This document shows, piece by piece, positions 42,801-55,940 of a stretch of 64,000 bases of DNA. Under the pieces are notes generated by a model. It saw only the letters and a program-made list of their open reading frames with translations, did not search any database and was not told the DNA's origin. The translations under genes were made by a program, and so were the position numbers. Every line of letters begins with the position of its first letter. Position 1 is the first letter of the stretch. The stretch lies in contig NC_134033.1 in assembly GCF_964204645.1 (NCBI RefSeq), forward strand, positions 12,904,655-12,968,654. Reading direction: 5' to 3'. The DNA comes from Tubulanus polymorphus (Eukaryota > Animalia > Nemertea).

Positions 42801-42966
42801 CCCTCTCTCGCTCTCTATCGCTATATCTCTCTTTCTCTCTCTCCCTTCCTATTTAGCTCTCCTCTCTATTTAGCTCTCTCTCTCTCTCACCCTTTCTATT
42901 TAGCTCTCCTTCTCTCTATTTAGCTCTCTCTCTCTCTCTTTCTCTTTCTATTTCTCTTTATCTCTA
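42801..42966 (+). repeat. CT-rich tract with four ctatttagctctc units
   Basis: Directly visible. It is GA-rich on the coding strand and starts about 100 nt into the intron after the 43070 donor. Confidence 0.85.
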
Positions 42967-43069
42967 TGCACATAATGAAACGTGAGTACCGTATCAATTT
43001 ATTGTATACAAACACGTATATCATACCACGTAGAATGAAGAAAAACACATATTATGCCAGGCGACTTAC

Positions 43070-43130
43070 CACAAAAAATCAATGAATTTCTAAAGGCGGA
43101 GCCACCGTCGATAGATGAGTAATTCGACAT
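43070..43130 (-). CDS. Putative first coding segment of the CNG gene, MSNYSSIDGGSAFRNSLIFC (exon 43181-43070, including 51 nt of 5'UTR)
   Basis: Strong acceptor gttgttttttgcag| at 43181 and strong donor GTG|gtaagt at 43070. The ATG at 43130 has an in-frame TGA two codons upstream. The exon ends in phase 1, matching the next exon (…LIFC-G-LASRPG), across an intron of about 16.9 kb. Confidence 0.62.
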
Positions 43131-43726
43131 TGATCATATTTCCACTTTGACGGCGCTTATGTTTCGCTCAGTGTTGTCTATCTGCAAAAAACAACGTTAA
43201 TCAACACTTATTATACAAAAAACGCACGGCAAAAAAAAAACGAACTGCATTTCAGAAATCCTTTCACTGGAGCTGATTGTCAACAGTCTCATGTGAGCTT
43301 CTTAGATACTGTGTAATTGAGAGCGTTCTTTTGAACGGTACAAAATTTTTTTAACAGATTGGAAAAAGTTATTTCGACGGGCTACAGCTAGTTACTCCAT
43401 CTAGTGGCAAAGCTGGTATTACATCGTGTTTCCCATTAATCTATGAACCAGACGAGATACCATGAGAGATACGTATGTTTATATTACACGAATCAATGAT
43501 ATCAAGGCAAGTTTCGATTGAACTTATTCCGGTTTGGGAATACAGAAATCCCGGGTTGCAAAGTCTCTAACGGCTTATAGATTATCCTATTACGGTACAG
43601 GTAAAGCGTAATTCCGGTCGAAATGAGACGCGGGCGCCTGAAGAGAGTTCCAGAATCGAAGAGAGACCGATCGAAACCTGTCCAATATTCGAGCACAGGA
43701 TATGTGAGTCTGAATGATGCGTCAGT

Positions 43727-43960
43727 AAGAGCGAATTCGGTTTGCGACGTGAAAACGAATGTCAGCTATTCGGAACTATGGACCGGAAATAGCCATGACT
43801 ACGGGATTGAGCGCGGTCGCTGTAGTTCGGACCTATTGCCAAGATGGCCGACACTGCGAAATGCGTTACGACCAAACTATAGCGCGTTCGGTTTCGATTT
43901 TTAGCTCCGACCACTAGTCGACTAACTACGGAAACCGAAGACCGAAGTTCGCCAAGAGTG
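43727..43960 (+). mobile_element. MITE family A copy
   Basis: gaaaacgaatgtcagctattcggaactatggaccggaaatag…ccaagatggccgacac…tagtcgactaactacgg…ccgaagttcgccaagagtg. Confidence 0.8.
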
Positions 43961-46900
43961 CAAAGCAGAAATCTGAGCTGTCAACAAAATATCTAGGGCA
44001 GAAAAAAAAACTATCGTTACGAGACTAAGCACGTGATCACATAACAACAACAAGTTGAAACTGGTTCGAATGTAATGAATAACGTTAGCCGACGAGATCC
44101 AGTGAGAGCTACTAGAAGTACATTGGCGCGACGTTTTGGGCATCCGCTTCGCTTTAATGCATCGGGCACTCGACCGAGATCCTATTACGTTGAAGGGTTT
44201 GGAAGGACGATTCTAGACGCGATGGATCTAATGTAAAAGGATCAGTCTCTTGTCTGCGGCGTGGAGGAGAGCGCAAAACTTCGAGCGAAATGTGCAATTT
44301 TTCCAAAGTTTTTTTCTTGCTTTAGGTTCGATAAGAGTCGCGTTAGAAATAATTACAAGGTTATATCTTTACATTTTGATGAATAATTTGTGCAAATCAA
44401 TTTCAAAGAAATCAAGGATTTTGGAAATTATGTCTGATTCCAATAATAAACGCTAAAATCGTCACGATTGTTATTATGGAACGCCAATATTGATGACGCA
44501 GTGCACATCGACTGACGTTTAACAAATATGTATATATAAATTCATTTCAAAAGATTCTTGATAAGCAGACATTTTGGAAATCCAGAGATTCTCGGGGTCT
44601 GGCAGGTTGAAGCTGTGTGTTGCACGAAGTGCCGCATCGTTCTGCAGTGGGTGGACAAATTGGTAACACGCGGTAACAACTTACTGACAGGTCAGGTGCT
44701 CATATCCGTCATATTCCACGCTAATTATCGAAACCGCACGACGTGTGACGGAAATAATCGACAGCCGCTTTTTCCGACAACTTTTTTCGCCCCTTAAGCA
44801 AAGTCATATATCATATTCTATTTTCGACGGAACCATATTTCTACCTGCGTCATGAAACGACGACGGTGATTCATTAATCGAATATCATATTCGGAAGACG
44901 TAATTCGAAACTGCGCCGTCTGACTTATGATTTGTCCGCATTACTTTCTATAAGCTATTTTCTTTGTAGTCAAAATTGTAAAGCCAAACGCCAACGTTGC
45001 GTGGCATTCTATCGCTGGCTTACTTATATCGCATTCCATTTTGAATCATTCAGCGAGCCTGATTTTTATTTTAAAAAAAAGATCCTTCTGGAAATGTTCT
45101 CATCTAATTGCTTTTTGAAGTTGCCGAAAAGATCATTGGAATCAGGTTTCCTCTTTACGGCGGTAACATTTTCGAGTTGGTCGGATCACGTTTTACACAA
45201 CGCGTATCAGATGGCATGCCCCGAAAATATTCATAGAGATTTCAACTGTCAGACGTCACGGAAGGGATGCGGGCAATTCGTATACATAATACATGCGCGG
45301 ACCAACTTAACAAAAATCCTGACGGCCATTACGGCCATACTTTCTCGTCATTACTGGTCCATCTTGGTCGCTATGAAAACGCGGCATGTAAGTATACGTA
45401 TCGATGCATTATACATGAACGAGTCGATGGAAAAACTGCGACACGAATCTCTCGGCAATAGTATAATTGACAGGCCGCAACTGTTCGTCGAGTGTGAAAT
45501 TATCTTTCGACGTATTTGGAGAAACATCGCTACACGTCTCAGAAGACAACTTATATATGCACTGAGATATATGGCGCCATTTGCTCATAGGATGTTTAAT
45601 GTTTACCAATCTGTTTTTATAAACGCCACGTGGCAGCAGTATTATCGTAATTTCTAATGTCATCAGGGTGTATTTAAAAACTAGCTTACATTAAACAACA
45701 TTTCAAAAGCTAGGCCTTGTATATACGAATTATCTAGTTTAATAGCCCCCTGAACAACCATGATATTCAAATGATTATCTAATTTCTTGGTGTGGGATGT
45801 TGGTATTATCGACGAAAGTAAACCGACAATAAACTGTTAATGTTATCAAGCATGCCCTAATGATAGCCACGCCATCTGTTGAGATATCAGTCGACACGAG
45901 GTGCTAGTTAAAAAGATGTCAGAGGCCTGGTGGCTGTTTCATATAGGCAACGTATCTCGTGTCAGTTCAGATACTATTTATATTCGTATTAGTTCGTAAA
46001 TCGGCTTCGTAGATCTTAATACTGAGACAGACACGGCTTGTTTTCTTTGGCAGCTATCCGGATTAGTGACGACGATTATCCGCGCGCAGACGAGTGTAGT
46101 ACTGAATACGGGATGCATATGCAAATCGAGTAGTAACGACTCGTCATCGCAGCAGACGCAATATTTCACGCATAAATACATAAAACGATTCTTGGTTGTA
46201 GTAAATGTGACTCGTAAAACAACAGTCGAATGTGATGACCATTTTTTGATGAACAGAATTTAGGAGATTAGCATTCACAGGCTGCGGTTGGTTAGAGCTA
46301 AGCAATGGATAGTGACAATTAAAAACTCTGTAAAACTATGGTATTCACCTGCCGTTTGAACAACTGATCAAAGTTCTACCATAAGTCGTGGGTCAGTTTT
46401 TGAATCCAGTTCCACACAGAGTTAAATTAGTTTCTGTCCAGTTTGACCACTATGACCATTTCAGGGATCCTGCGGAACCAGTTCAATAGTAAATCGTGAG
46501 TCTAATTTGACTGTGGTCCACTTCTACTGTGGGTTTTGTCTGACCAGTTTACAGTTTGGGGTCTGCATCGCAGAATCCATTCCCTGTGGGTCTTTGCTAA
46601 ACACGGCGGCAGAGAGTTTTCGTTTTTGTCATGAGCAGTTTTTTATGAGCTGATTACGTTTAACGATAGAACTAGACTAACAACGATCGATAAGAAATTT
46701 TATACGAAACAATGCGAAACCTTTCTATTCTCGACTGAGACGGTTTTAGATTTTGTTTTCAAAAAACCCGTAATCTATTCCAGTTAAATCTACTCAGATT
46801 ATTATTATTCAGCGGTTATATAAAAAAGTGTTTGTTCAAGACTCCGAGCTCCTTCAGCCAATCAAAGGGCTAGAACAAATAATCTGACTTATAAGCGATC

Positions 46901-47990
46901 AGCGTATATTTAGCTCTAAGAAATTAAACCAATCAATACGATCGAATAGAAATATGTACAGCCAATCAGCTCCCTTGAATGACGCAACCTGGCCAATCAG
47001 TAGAGTAGCGATTGATTCGCTTGATTTATGAAAAAATGCATAGCTTATCAGTTGTCTAAGAACACCTTGCAAATTCTAATCGTGGTGGAGACCTTTATTT
47101 GCTGTGTAACTTATGACAGATATGTACGCGTACATTCCCTATTCTTTACAAAGCCTTATTTTAATTTCCTCGTCAAATAATAGAGTACTGACATTTCTCA
47201 TGCCACGTAGGTATAACTATACATAGAGATATTGCTGGTCGTGTAGATTGCGATCAGTGGTTATTCGGAAAAATCTAACTGAGAAAAACCGATTATGCAT
47301 CCTGCGGAGTGGATATAAAAACGGGCGTGTCGGTTTTCCGAGCTTCCGTTTACCGATAGTCGATCCGACGTGCACAAAAACCAAATCGACAAAACCGTCG
47401 GTTTGCGCGGATTAAAATCTGAGACACGCCGTCGCATTCATACACCGCAGTAAATGGCGTTAAATTTCAACGCGATGGTTCTTTAATGAATTATGATTTG
47501 AAAACGGTTTAATATATTTTCATTTTTTTTGTCACAGTTACGTTAAAGTCACCTCGGTTCGAACTCAATGGTTCACGCTGGCTCCACGACAGAGGGCGTT
47601 ACTGTACATCCTGTTTACTTCCAGGTGCATATACTACGTTGTATAAAGCCGTTTTCGATAGTGGCGCTACCTGTTAGAGTTAGAACTTACACAGAACTGA
47701 GGCTTATTAACGACAGCACAAAATCTGAGACTTTTAACCTCATATACGCGACCATGGTGAGCTTTATATTGGTTGGGTGTATATTATGAGTTCGATCAAA
47801 AATACATAATACTCTGTATCTTTTTTTACGTTCGATATATAATATCCTCTTATCAAGCTCCTTAAAGACGTGAATCCAGTTTCAACTTGATCAGGTTTAG
47901 GCGTAACTTGCGCTAACTTTAGACGTCTTACATCTGAAGCTGGGTAATAATAATCAGGTTTGACAGCGCAGCTGAACTTTGTACACAGGT

Positions 47991-48034
47991 ACATGGAAAG
48001 AGGCGCTATACAAATTCATGTTTATTATTATTAT
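47991..48034 (+). mobile_element. 3' tail of an L2-type LINE or SINE
   Basis: ggcgctatacaaattcatgtttattattattat is the typical gcgctataNaaat + (tta)n ending. Confidence 0.5.
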
Positions 48035-49732
48035 CTAAAGGTGATTGGTTTTATTATTGCAATAAGAGTAGTAGTTTGATAAACGTTGTGAACGCCTCTA
48101 TTTTTTCCCAGCTTTATCTGTCAAGTGTACGGCGACAGAGCAGCGAACTTTTATAGAGAGAGAGAGAGAATGGAACTCATCGATAATTCGACGCAATGAC
48201 TTATTTTTTCTGCTTTTCCATGGACGGTGGATCCTCCTCAAACGACCCATACAAGTGGCATTTAATGATTTATTTCCAACGACGAGCTACTCTCGCGGCA
48301 CGCCACTTCAAATATCATTTTCAGAGCGTAAATTGATCCGTTTTGTGACATTTCTATTGAAAAAGTACGCCGACGTCGCCATTGTTCAAGATATCGCATC
48401 CAAGGCTCATCGTCGCAGCGATAAAACTGTCATAGCTTTCAATGACCTAATAAGAAAATGCCAAGTAGACCGTAAGAGACCATTACCTAACTACAAACCT
48501 ACATAAATCAATTGACAATTGTATTTGTGCATCACTTGAAGACGGTTGAAGCAGTAATTGAACTTCGGACATTTTTAAGTTAAGTAGAGATGACACATTT
48601 TCAGTACCGCTCCTAAAAGTGCATCCTTAAGCATTTCTTCCATTTCAGCTATTGACATCCCCGCCGCGAAAGAGCTTCCTCCGAGATTAGGATGGGAAAT
48701 GGGTCTGTTTTCATTTATATTTTATCAGTTTTGAAACAAGAGGAGAGACATTCGCCTCTTCTTTTTGCTGTGATTGGACTTCTGGGATTTGGAAGCCTTT
48801 AGAAAGGTCGAGGAGACATAAACAGTTTCGAATTTAGAGCATGTTTTTCATTTTGTTAATTGTGTAAATCAGAGGATAGACACTGGCTTTTCCCGTTCCT
48901 ATCTCTGGCATCATGAGAATTGGACTCTTCACGGATAGTTGAAAGATAAACAATTCCTACTTGATGCATGGAGCAACTTCCTTCGTGCTGAATTTAGTCC
49001 TTTACACTCGGTTAGCCATTAGACTCTCTCATTAAAATGCCAGGGTTATCAGGGTAACAGTTAAACACACACTAAACGAGTTAGTAAACCAGTGAAATCA
49101 ATACGTATCCACGCGCTTTTTCATCTGTTGATCCTTGTCATATCGCTGCCATTTTGTACGGTGTTGGCATTTAGCCAAATGCACTCGTATTATTCGTCTT
49201 TGTGAAAAAAAAGTACGATGCTTTGAAGCATTCTTATTCAATGAAACGAGGCCCGTGTTCTAAAGTCTTCTTTTCAGAAAAAAAGGTATCGAAAAGAAAG
49301 TGAGTGTGTTCGTCATTTGGTAGACTTGGATAAGATTTACAAACACTGAGATGCGATGTCGTCACTCAGTAATTGCGAAGTAATAGTAATTGCCAATAGG
49401 TATTAGGCGTTGCCTGCTAAAATAATTGATAAACGCTATAGGAAGAAAATAGACCTTGAGGCGAGCAATAATCTAAATGCACATTTTGCGCGTGCAAGAT
49501 GACAGAGCACAAATATGCTGAACGTGAGTTCGGTAAAGTACTACGAGACAGGCACATTAGTGGCATTCATCGTTCATTCTAAAAATTTGATCGAAGTAAA
49601 GGACGTCATGATTAAGACTGGCTAGCAGCTTATGGGTTAAGGAAGTTTAGCCTCCTCTTTGACGAGGCAAGGTTCGCAAATTCCCAAATTTCCATCTTGT
49701 TTTCGCGCTTGTAACAAGCACCATTAGCTTTG

Positions 49733-52700
49733 ACCAGCGTACGCGAGAATCTTCCGAATGAAATATTGTTCTTGCCTTTGCTCGACCATATCGGATACTT
49801 TGACGGACGATGGCAACACTCTTGTTGAGCCAGTACTCGATGTTCTACTCGAAGAGCTCGAGTATAATACCACCTCACAATCCGCAAGACTGGAATCGAT
49901 TGTGGCTAAACGTTAGCGACTATTTCATCGTCGAAAAAATCCAACGTGAGATCGGATTTGGTCACGAAGGAGGAAAGAACGACTTATCCGGCGCGTCTAT
50001 TTGCCAACCGCTTTTGCAAGTGCATGTCTACATGTATGTACTTCATCGCGATATGGAAAGTTCGGTGAAGTGGGTCATGCCATTTTTGAGAGCACAGATC
50101 GGAGGAAAATTAATTACGCCTGGTGAATTGAACGAGTTAAACGTTGATAGAAGCATTCCTCTTCAATAAATCGCCGGACGGTATATGAAAGCGTACATAC
50201 GTCAACGTCTGCAGCATCAAAAACCCTTTCGTGTTTGGCTGTATTAGTTTTGTTTATATAGACCTTATCTGCGGGCACGCGAGCAAAGAGAATTAGTACA
50301 TTTTTTGTCTATATGCAGCCTAAGCGATGGTCAATGTGATCCTACGTTCTATCCTTGGCACCCGCCTGCGTGGACTCGATTGGCCCGATATGTCAGCTGT
50401 GACTAGAGCAAGGGAGACAACCTTCGACACTCACGCAAAGATGTCTTAAGCTAATGGTTGTAAGCACGTACCCCATCACGGCCACGTTCCCCAGGCTCAA
50501 GGCAACAACCAAAAACAGATTGTCTATGATCCATTCCTAACTAATAGTCACAGCTTACACAAAGCGTCTGTATACACGTGGATATAGGTGCATATGTTGC
50601 GAAAGATACGATGGCGAAGTCACGACTTTTAAAAGATAAAATCTTACTATGATAAAAGCCAGTGTGAGACACAGCATCCCTCCACCCTGGAGGTTTAGCG
50701 GTGCGCGACTCACGCTTCCTGATATACCCCTCGCCCGCGCTCAAGCTTATCGGCGATAATAGCGATAATATTGACCTCAGCGTCAGCAGTTGATTGGTGC
50801 GTGCTATATTTTGATGTAAACTGTGAGAATCTGACAGTCGGATGCTAATAGCTGGCGGTATTTTCGCAGTATGGATCCGCGTTTACTAAGACACTAGTAT
50901 AATGTGGTTAAAAATCTCACAACGACGCGGTTAAAATAGTCCTAGGCGCATCCAAATGGTTGACAAAGTCATAATTCATTTCACGACGACTCACGGAAGG
51001 AATGTAATATAACGCATGATTAATGAATCAATTAGATGGCGACAGCCGTTTCTTCGGTGGTTTCGTGTCGGCTAATTAAATTTCAAACATCTAATGACTG
51101 AATAAAGATCTGACAGCTACGTAATATACCAGCGTACGCGAGAATCTTCCGAATGAAATATTGTTCTTGCCTTTGCTCGACCATATCAGATACTTTGACG
51201 GACGATGGCAACACTCTTGTTGAGCCAGTACTCGATGTTCTACTCGAAGAGCTCGAGTATAATTCCACCTCACAATCCGCAAGACTGGAATCGATTGTGG
51301 CTAAACGTTAGCGACTATTTCATCGTCGAAAAAATCCAACGTGAGATCGGATTTGGACACGAAGGAGGAAAGAACGACTTATCCGGCGCGTCTATTTGCC
51401 AACCGCTTTTGCAAGTGCATGTCTACATGTATGTACTTCATCGCGATATGGAAAGTTCGGTGAAGTGGGTCATGCCATTTTTGAGAGCACAGATCGGAGG
51501 AAAAATAATTACGCCTGGTGAATTGAACGAGATAAACGTTGATAGAAGCATTCCTCTTCAATAAATCGCCGGACGGTATATGAAAGCGTACATACGTCAA
51601 CGTCTGCAGCATCAAAAACCCTTTCGTGTTTGGCTGTATTAGTTTTGTTTATATAGACCTTATCTGCGGGCACGCGAGCAAAGAGAAATATTACATTTTT
51701 TGTCTATATGCAGCCTAAGCGATGGTCAATGTGATCCTATGTTCTATCCTTGGCACCCGCCTGCATGGACTCGATTGGCCCGATATGTCAGCTGTGACTA
51801 GAGCAAGGGAGACAACCTTCGACACTCACGCAAAGATGTCTTAAGCTAATGGTTGTAAGCACGGACCCCATCACGGCCACGTTCCCCAGGCTCAAGGCAA
51901 CAACCAAAAACAGATTGTCTATGATCCATTCCTAACTAATAGTCACAGCTTACACAAAGCGTCTGTATACACGTGGATATAGGTGCATATGTTGCGAAAG
52001 ATACGATGGCGAAGTCACGACTTTTAAAAGTACCATTATCATGCCATATAACGTGAGTTATTGCGTAGATGGTGTTCAACGAATGACGGTATTTCAGTAT
52101 AATTAGTAGAAGTCAAAAAGTTTTTTAAGATATATAATATATATATGATATATAAGTAACCGACTGTTTGATAGTGGCGCCATCTGGTCCCAAGGCCGGC
52201 TTTGTTATATCTCATTCCATATAGCCTACGCTTGAAATGATATCGATAACAGGTTTGACTTGGGAGAATGCAGATTTCAACGTTGTGACCGCTAATTAGA
52301 CCCGATAAAATCTTACTATGATAAAAGCCAGTGTGAGACACAGCATCCCTCCACCCTGGAGGTTTAGCGGTGCGCGACTCACGCTTCCTGATATACCCCT
52401 CGCCCGCGCTCAAGCTTATCGGCGATAATAGCGATAATATTGACCTCAGCGTCAGCAGTTGATTGGTGCGTGCTATATTTTGATGTAAACTGTGAGAATC
52501 TGACAGTCGGATGCTAATAGCTGGCGGTATTTTCGCAGTATGGATCCGCGTTTACTAAGACACTAGTATAATGTGGTTGTCCTAGTCACTCACAGTTCCC
52601 ACAGTGTCTGTTCGATAAGGAGGATCATCGTCCTGATGAGCTTATAGCGGGCCCTGTTTACCACTGAGCTTTGAAAGAGCTGCCAAGTGTGAGAAAAAGA

Positions 52701-53337
52701 GTTCCCAGAAAAATAGGTTCGAAGACAAACTTGCGCATAACATGGTCGATTCCATGAACCTTCCAATACTCCTGGATTCACTAAGTATCCCGTATTTTAG
52801 GAGAATTGGGAATAGCTTTGCGTTGGAAAATACGGCACACGTGGTGGCATATGTGCTTGACTCAGGATATCATCATCCCATTCCAGACCGTCCCGGTCGT
52901 CGGTTCGAGATCCACTTCATTGAATTTGAATTTCCAACCTTCTCCGCCCACGTATCGTTAACGTCTGTGACTTTCAGCCTACTTCATTTAACAGACAGCC
53001 CTACTGCGCGGTCAATATAGCGCTGATAAGTCGAGCACACCATGCAAGCTTACACTTGGGGCAATTGTAAGCAGCTTAGTATTACCTCGAGTGAATGTTG
53101 TGGTATTCGGTTTAACGTTAAAAATCTCACAACGACGCGGTTAAAATAGTCCTGGGCGCATCCAAATGGTTGACAAAGTCATAATTCATTTCACGACGAC
53201 TCACGGAAGGAATGTAATATAACGCATGATTAATGAATCAATTAGATGGCGACAGCCGTTTCTTCGGTGGTTTCGTGTCGGCTAATTAAATTTCAAACAT
53301 CTAATGACTGAATAAAGATCTGACAGCTACGTAATAT
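49733..53337 (+). repeat. Recent tandem duplication: copy 1 at 49733-51127 (1395 bp), copy 2 at 51128-53337 (2210 bp)
   Basis: The shared sequence is about 99% identical. Copy 2 has extra blocks at 52031-52304 (274 bp) and 52579-53119 (541 bp). There is an acc microhomology at the junctions. Confidence 0.95.
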
Positions 53338-53572
53338 ACCGCCCTAGTACGCGCGTAATGCGATATGTAGATCTGAGCGCAGGAAGCACAGACTACACAA
53401 CGATAGTAAATCAGCGCGTTTTAATGTTGCCGATAGAAAAAATCGTTATGCTCTAAAATGTTCTGCTTGTTCTGTGTGCGCGCGCCTGTTCGGCGAATCA
53501 TTCCGTCAGAACGAAAAGTTCCCAATAATGTTGTGATGCGCTTCCCTGTCGATAGGAAGCGCTTAAGAAACA

Positions 53573-53904
53573 AATACTCCTTCGGCAGGGATTCGAACCT
53601 GTTGGCATTGCTACCTAAGCCACGGCACGAACCCGTGCCACACTAGGCCGGGTGCGCAGGTACATGCGCAGGTTTACCGGGCGAAAACTGACCAATCAGA
53701 TTGCTCGTTGTATATAATCGCTGAGGTAAATTTCACGGAAGAACTATAAATGGGAAAACCCCGGTTAGAATAAAATGGGATTTCTGATTTGCTAATAATG
53801 ACATCATCTAAGCTGCGCATGTAACCTGCGCAATCAGTCTAGTGTGGCAGGATTTCGTACCATGGTGAGTCTCGATGCCATCAGGTTCCTACCTAAGGCG
53901 GATG
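53573..53904. mobile_element. MITE with ~95-bp TIRs; the left arm contains a B-box-like ggattcgaacc
   Basis: Left …ttcggcaggggattcgaacctgttggcat…tgccacactaggccgggtgcgcaggtacatgcgcag versus right ctgcgcatgtaacctgcgca…ctagtgtggca…atgccatcaggttcctacctaaggcggatg. Possible degenerate TSD aagaaaca/gaaagaca. Confidence 0.8.
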
Positions 53905-55699
53905 GAAAGACACTGGCAAAGTTAGAGTTTATGTTTTCCACTGTCATATTATTATAATCAGATAGAATTTCCAGTTACAGATCGCAGTTAAACACGACTA
54001 TAGTGTTGTCAAAGCATCGCGAATTAACTATTCCGCGTTCGTATCGAAGATTTCTACCCGGCAATGACGACTCGAAACGATATGAATAGTTGATGATGTT
54101 TTCGGACAGGAAACTTCCTGTTTTGCAGGCAGCTATTTGATGGAATCCCTCGAGGGCTCCGCTATTTAGTCAATACGACAACGTATATTGAATGAAAGTC
54201 CTTTCCAATTGTAGCTTAACCTCGAAGTGTGACAGTTTTCGAGGCGTTCTAAGTGCCGAATTTCACTAATCTATTTTTTCACAGTGAAGATTACGTTACT
54301 CATCCAAGTATCGTGTCACTGTAGCGTTAATTAAGGCTTCCGCTACCGTTGATTACTAGACGGTACCCGGTGATTTATATATTCGACCGTGGGCGAAAAC
54401 TACGATTAAAAACGAGGATCTGTACGTGTTTAATTCGAGTTGAAGTCTATCAGATTAGTTTTATGTCGCAAGGGTTTAATGGGATGGCTTTGTTACCGAC
54501 GAACGGTATGCGTGTGCGCGTAGGCTCGCAGATAGAGGATACTCTCGAGTATGACATTAAGATTCAATGGCATCGTCGAGTTACCCGTGGGTCAGGCGTC
54601 AGACATATGTTTGGTATACAGCTTCGCGAAGACAGCAATCTATTTTCTAATCTATCCTTAAAAGTGTAAATCCGGATTCAATTATTGCTATATCGGCTTA
54701 TTTCCAGCATTCGTAAGTAAGTGGATGTTTTGATTACAAAGAAAGCTTTCAATCTGAAAATTGTCGTGGGTTTAGGGGGAATAACCCGTTGTTATTAGAT
54801 AAGCTCAGGGACAATTTTCCGTTAATTGATTTACGTATATTTTTGGATTTGTTGCTCTACCGAAATGGTGATATAACGCGTTGCTTCAAAACATCGGCAA
54901 AACAACGAACTCGTTCACGGTATAAATCTTTCCGATGCCCATTAATTCGATCGCCTGTCTCGATAATCTCATTGAAACACGCCTACGAGTGTTCAGCGAC
55001 GACGGAAGGCTTTCTAACATTAAAATCGCCGACTAAAACTGAGTTAGCAAAGATTAATCTACAGACAGGGGAAACAATATGCCAACTAACGGATTTACTG
55101 CGTCGATGCGAACGGCCCCTTGTACAGCCTCGTAAAGCTGTCGTTTCGACTTGTGAAATCCGTGTTTTATTATCGAGTCGACATAACTCGCCGGTTGTTG
55201 TTGCAACGATAAAAATGGCGGTGTCGACTGGCTGACGACGAGTGGCTGTTTGGGTTGGTGGCGGTTTTCGTACGCTCCAAGGACGTGTGGCCGCTTTAAT
55301 GGCGCATACACACACTCCCGAGCCCGAGCAAGAGCGACATCTCATACGAGTATTATTCGGTTATTTTTACTTAGTAACGACAATAAAACGTAATCAACAG
55401 CATTGCTTTAATCAGAAGAAAAATAGCGATAAATCTTCTTCGTTCGATGTATTTTTGTCCACGTACGACGGTATTATTACGTTCCACTTGATAACCTCCT
55501 CCTCCCCCGCGTCGTCCATGCTAGAATATCAAATGGCCAGTTATGCTTGGGTTGGAATATCTTGTTCCCTATCCTTGTATTGGTAAATCTAATTTCTAAT
55601 TTAAAAAAAAAATTCCAACGGTATATTCAACTTCTTCGATGCATAAATAATTCAATACATAATCATTTATACAACGCTCTTTTGAAACGGCTGCCATCA

Positions 55700-55940
55700 T
55701 GAGGGCCAACTTTGGTTTTTGTAGCTAGTCGACAAGTGGTCGGAACTAATAACCGGACGGTCTTAGCTCAGTCGTAACGTATTTCACAGTGTCGGCCAGC
55801 TTGAACCTAGATCCAAACTATAGCGACCGTGCTAAATTGCGTGGTCGACCATTTCCGGACCATAGTTCCGACTAACAGACATTCGGTTTCATTTAGTTCG
55901 ACTATAGTCGACTAACTCCGATAACCGAAGTTGGTCCAGG
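55700..55940 (-). mobile_element. MITE family A copy
   Basis: ccaactttggtttttgtagctagtcgac…gacattcggtttc…tagtcgactaactccgataaccgaagttgg. Confidence 0.8.

Noticed and set aside
43638-43683. CTGAAGA…CGAAACCTGTC hammerhead-like spacing
   Set aside because: No convincing stem I or stem II.
48575-48700. Minus-strand peptide LGGSSFAAGMSIAEM, faintly like tyrosine-recombinase box II
   Set aside because: It lacks HxxR and the downstream W/Y residues, and the flanking frames are closed.
52633-52660. CTGATGA followed by a gct(tat)agc hairpin
   Set aside because: GGG replaces the required GAAA and there is no stem III, so it is not a hammerhead.
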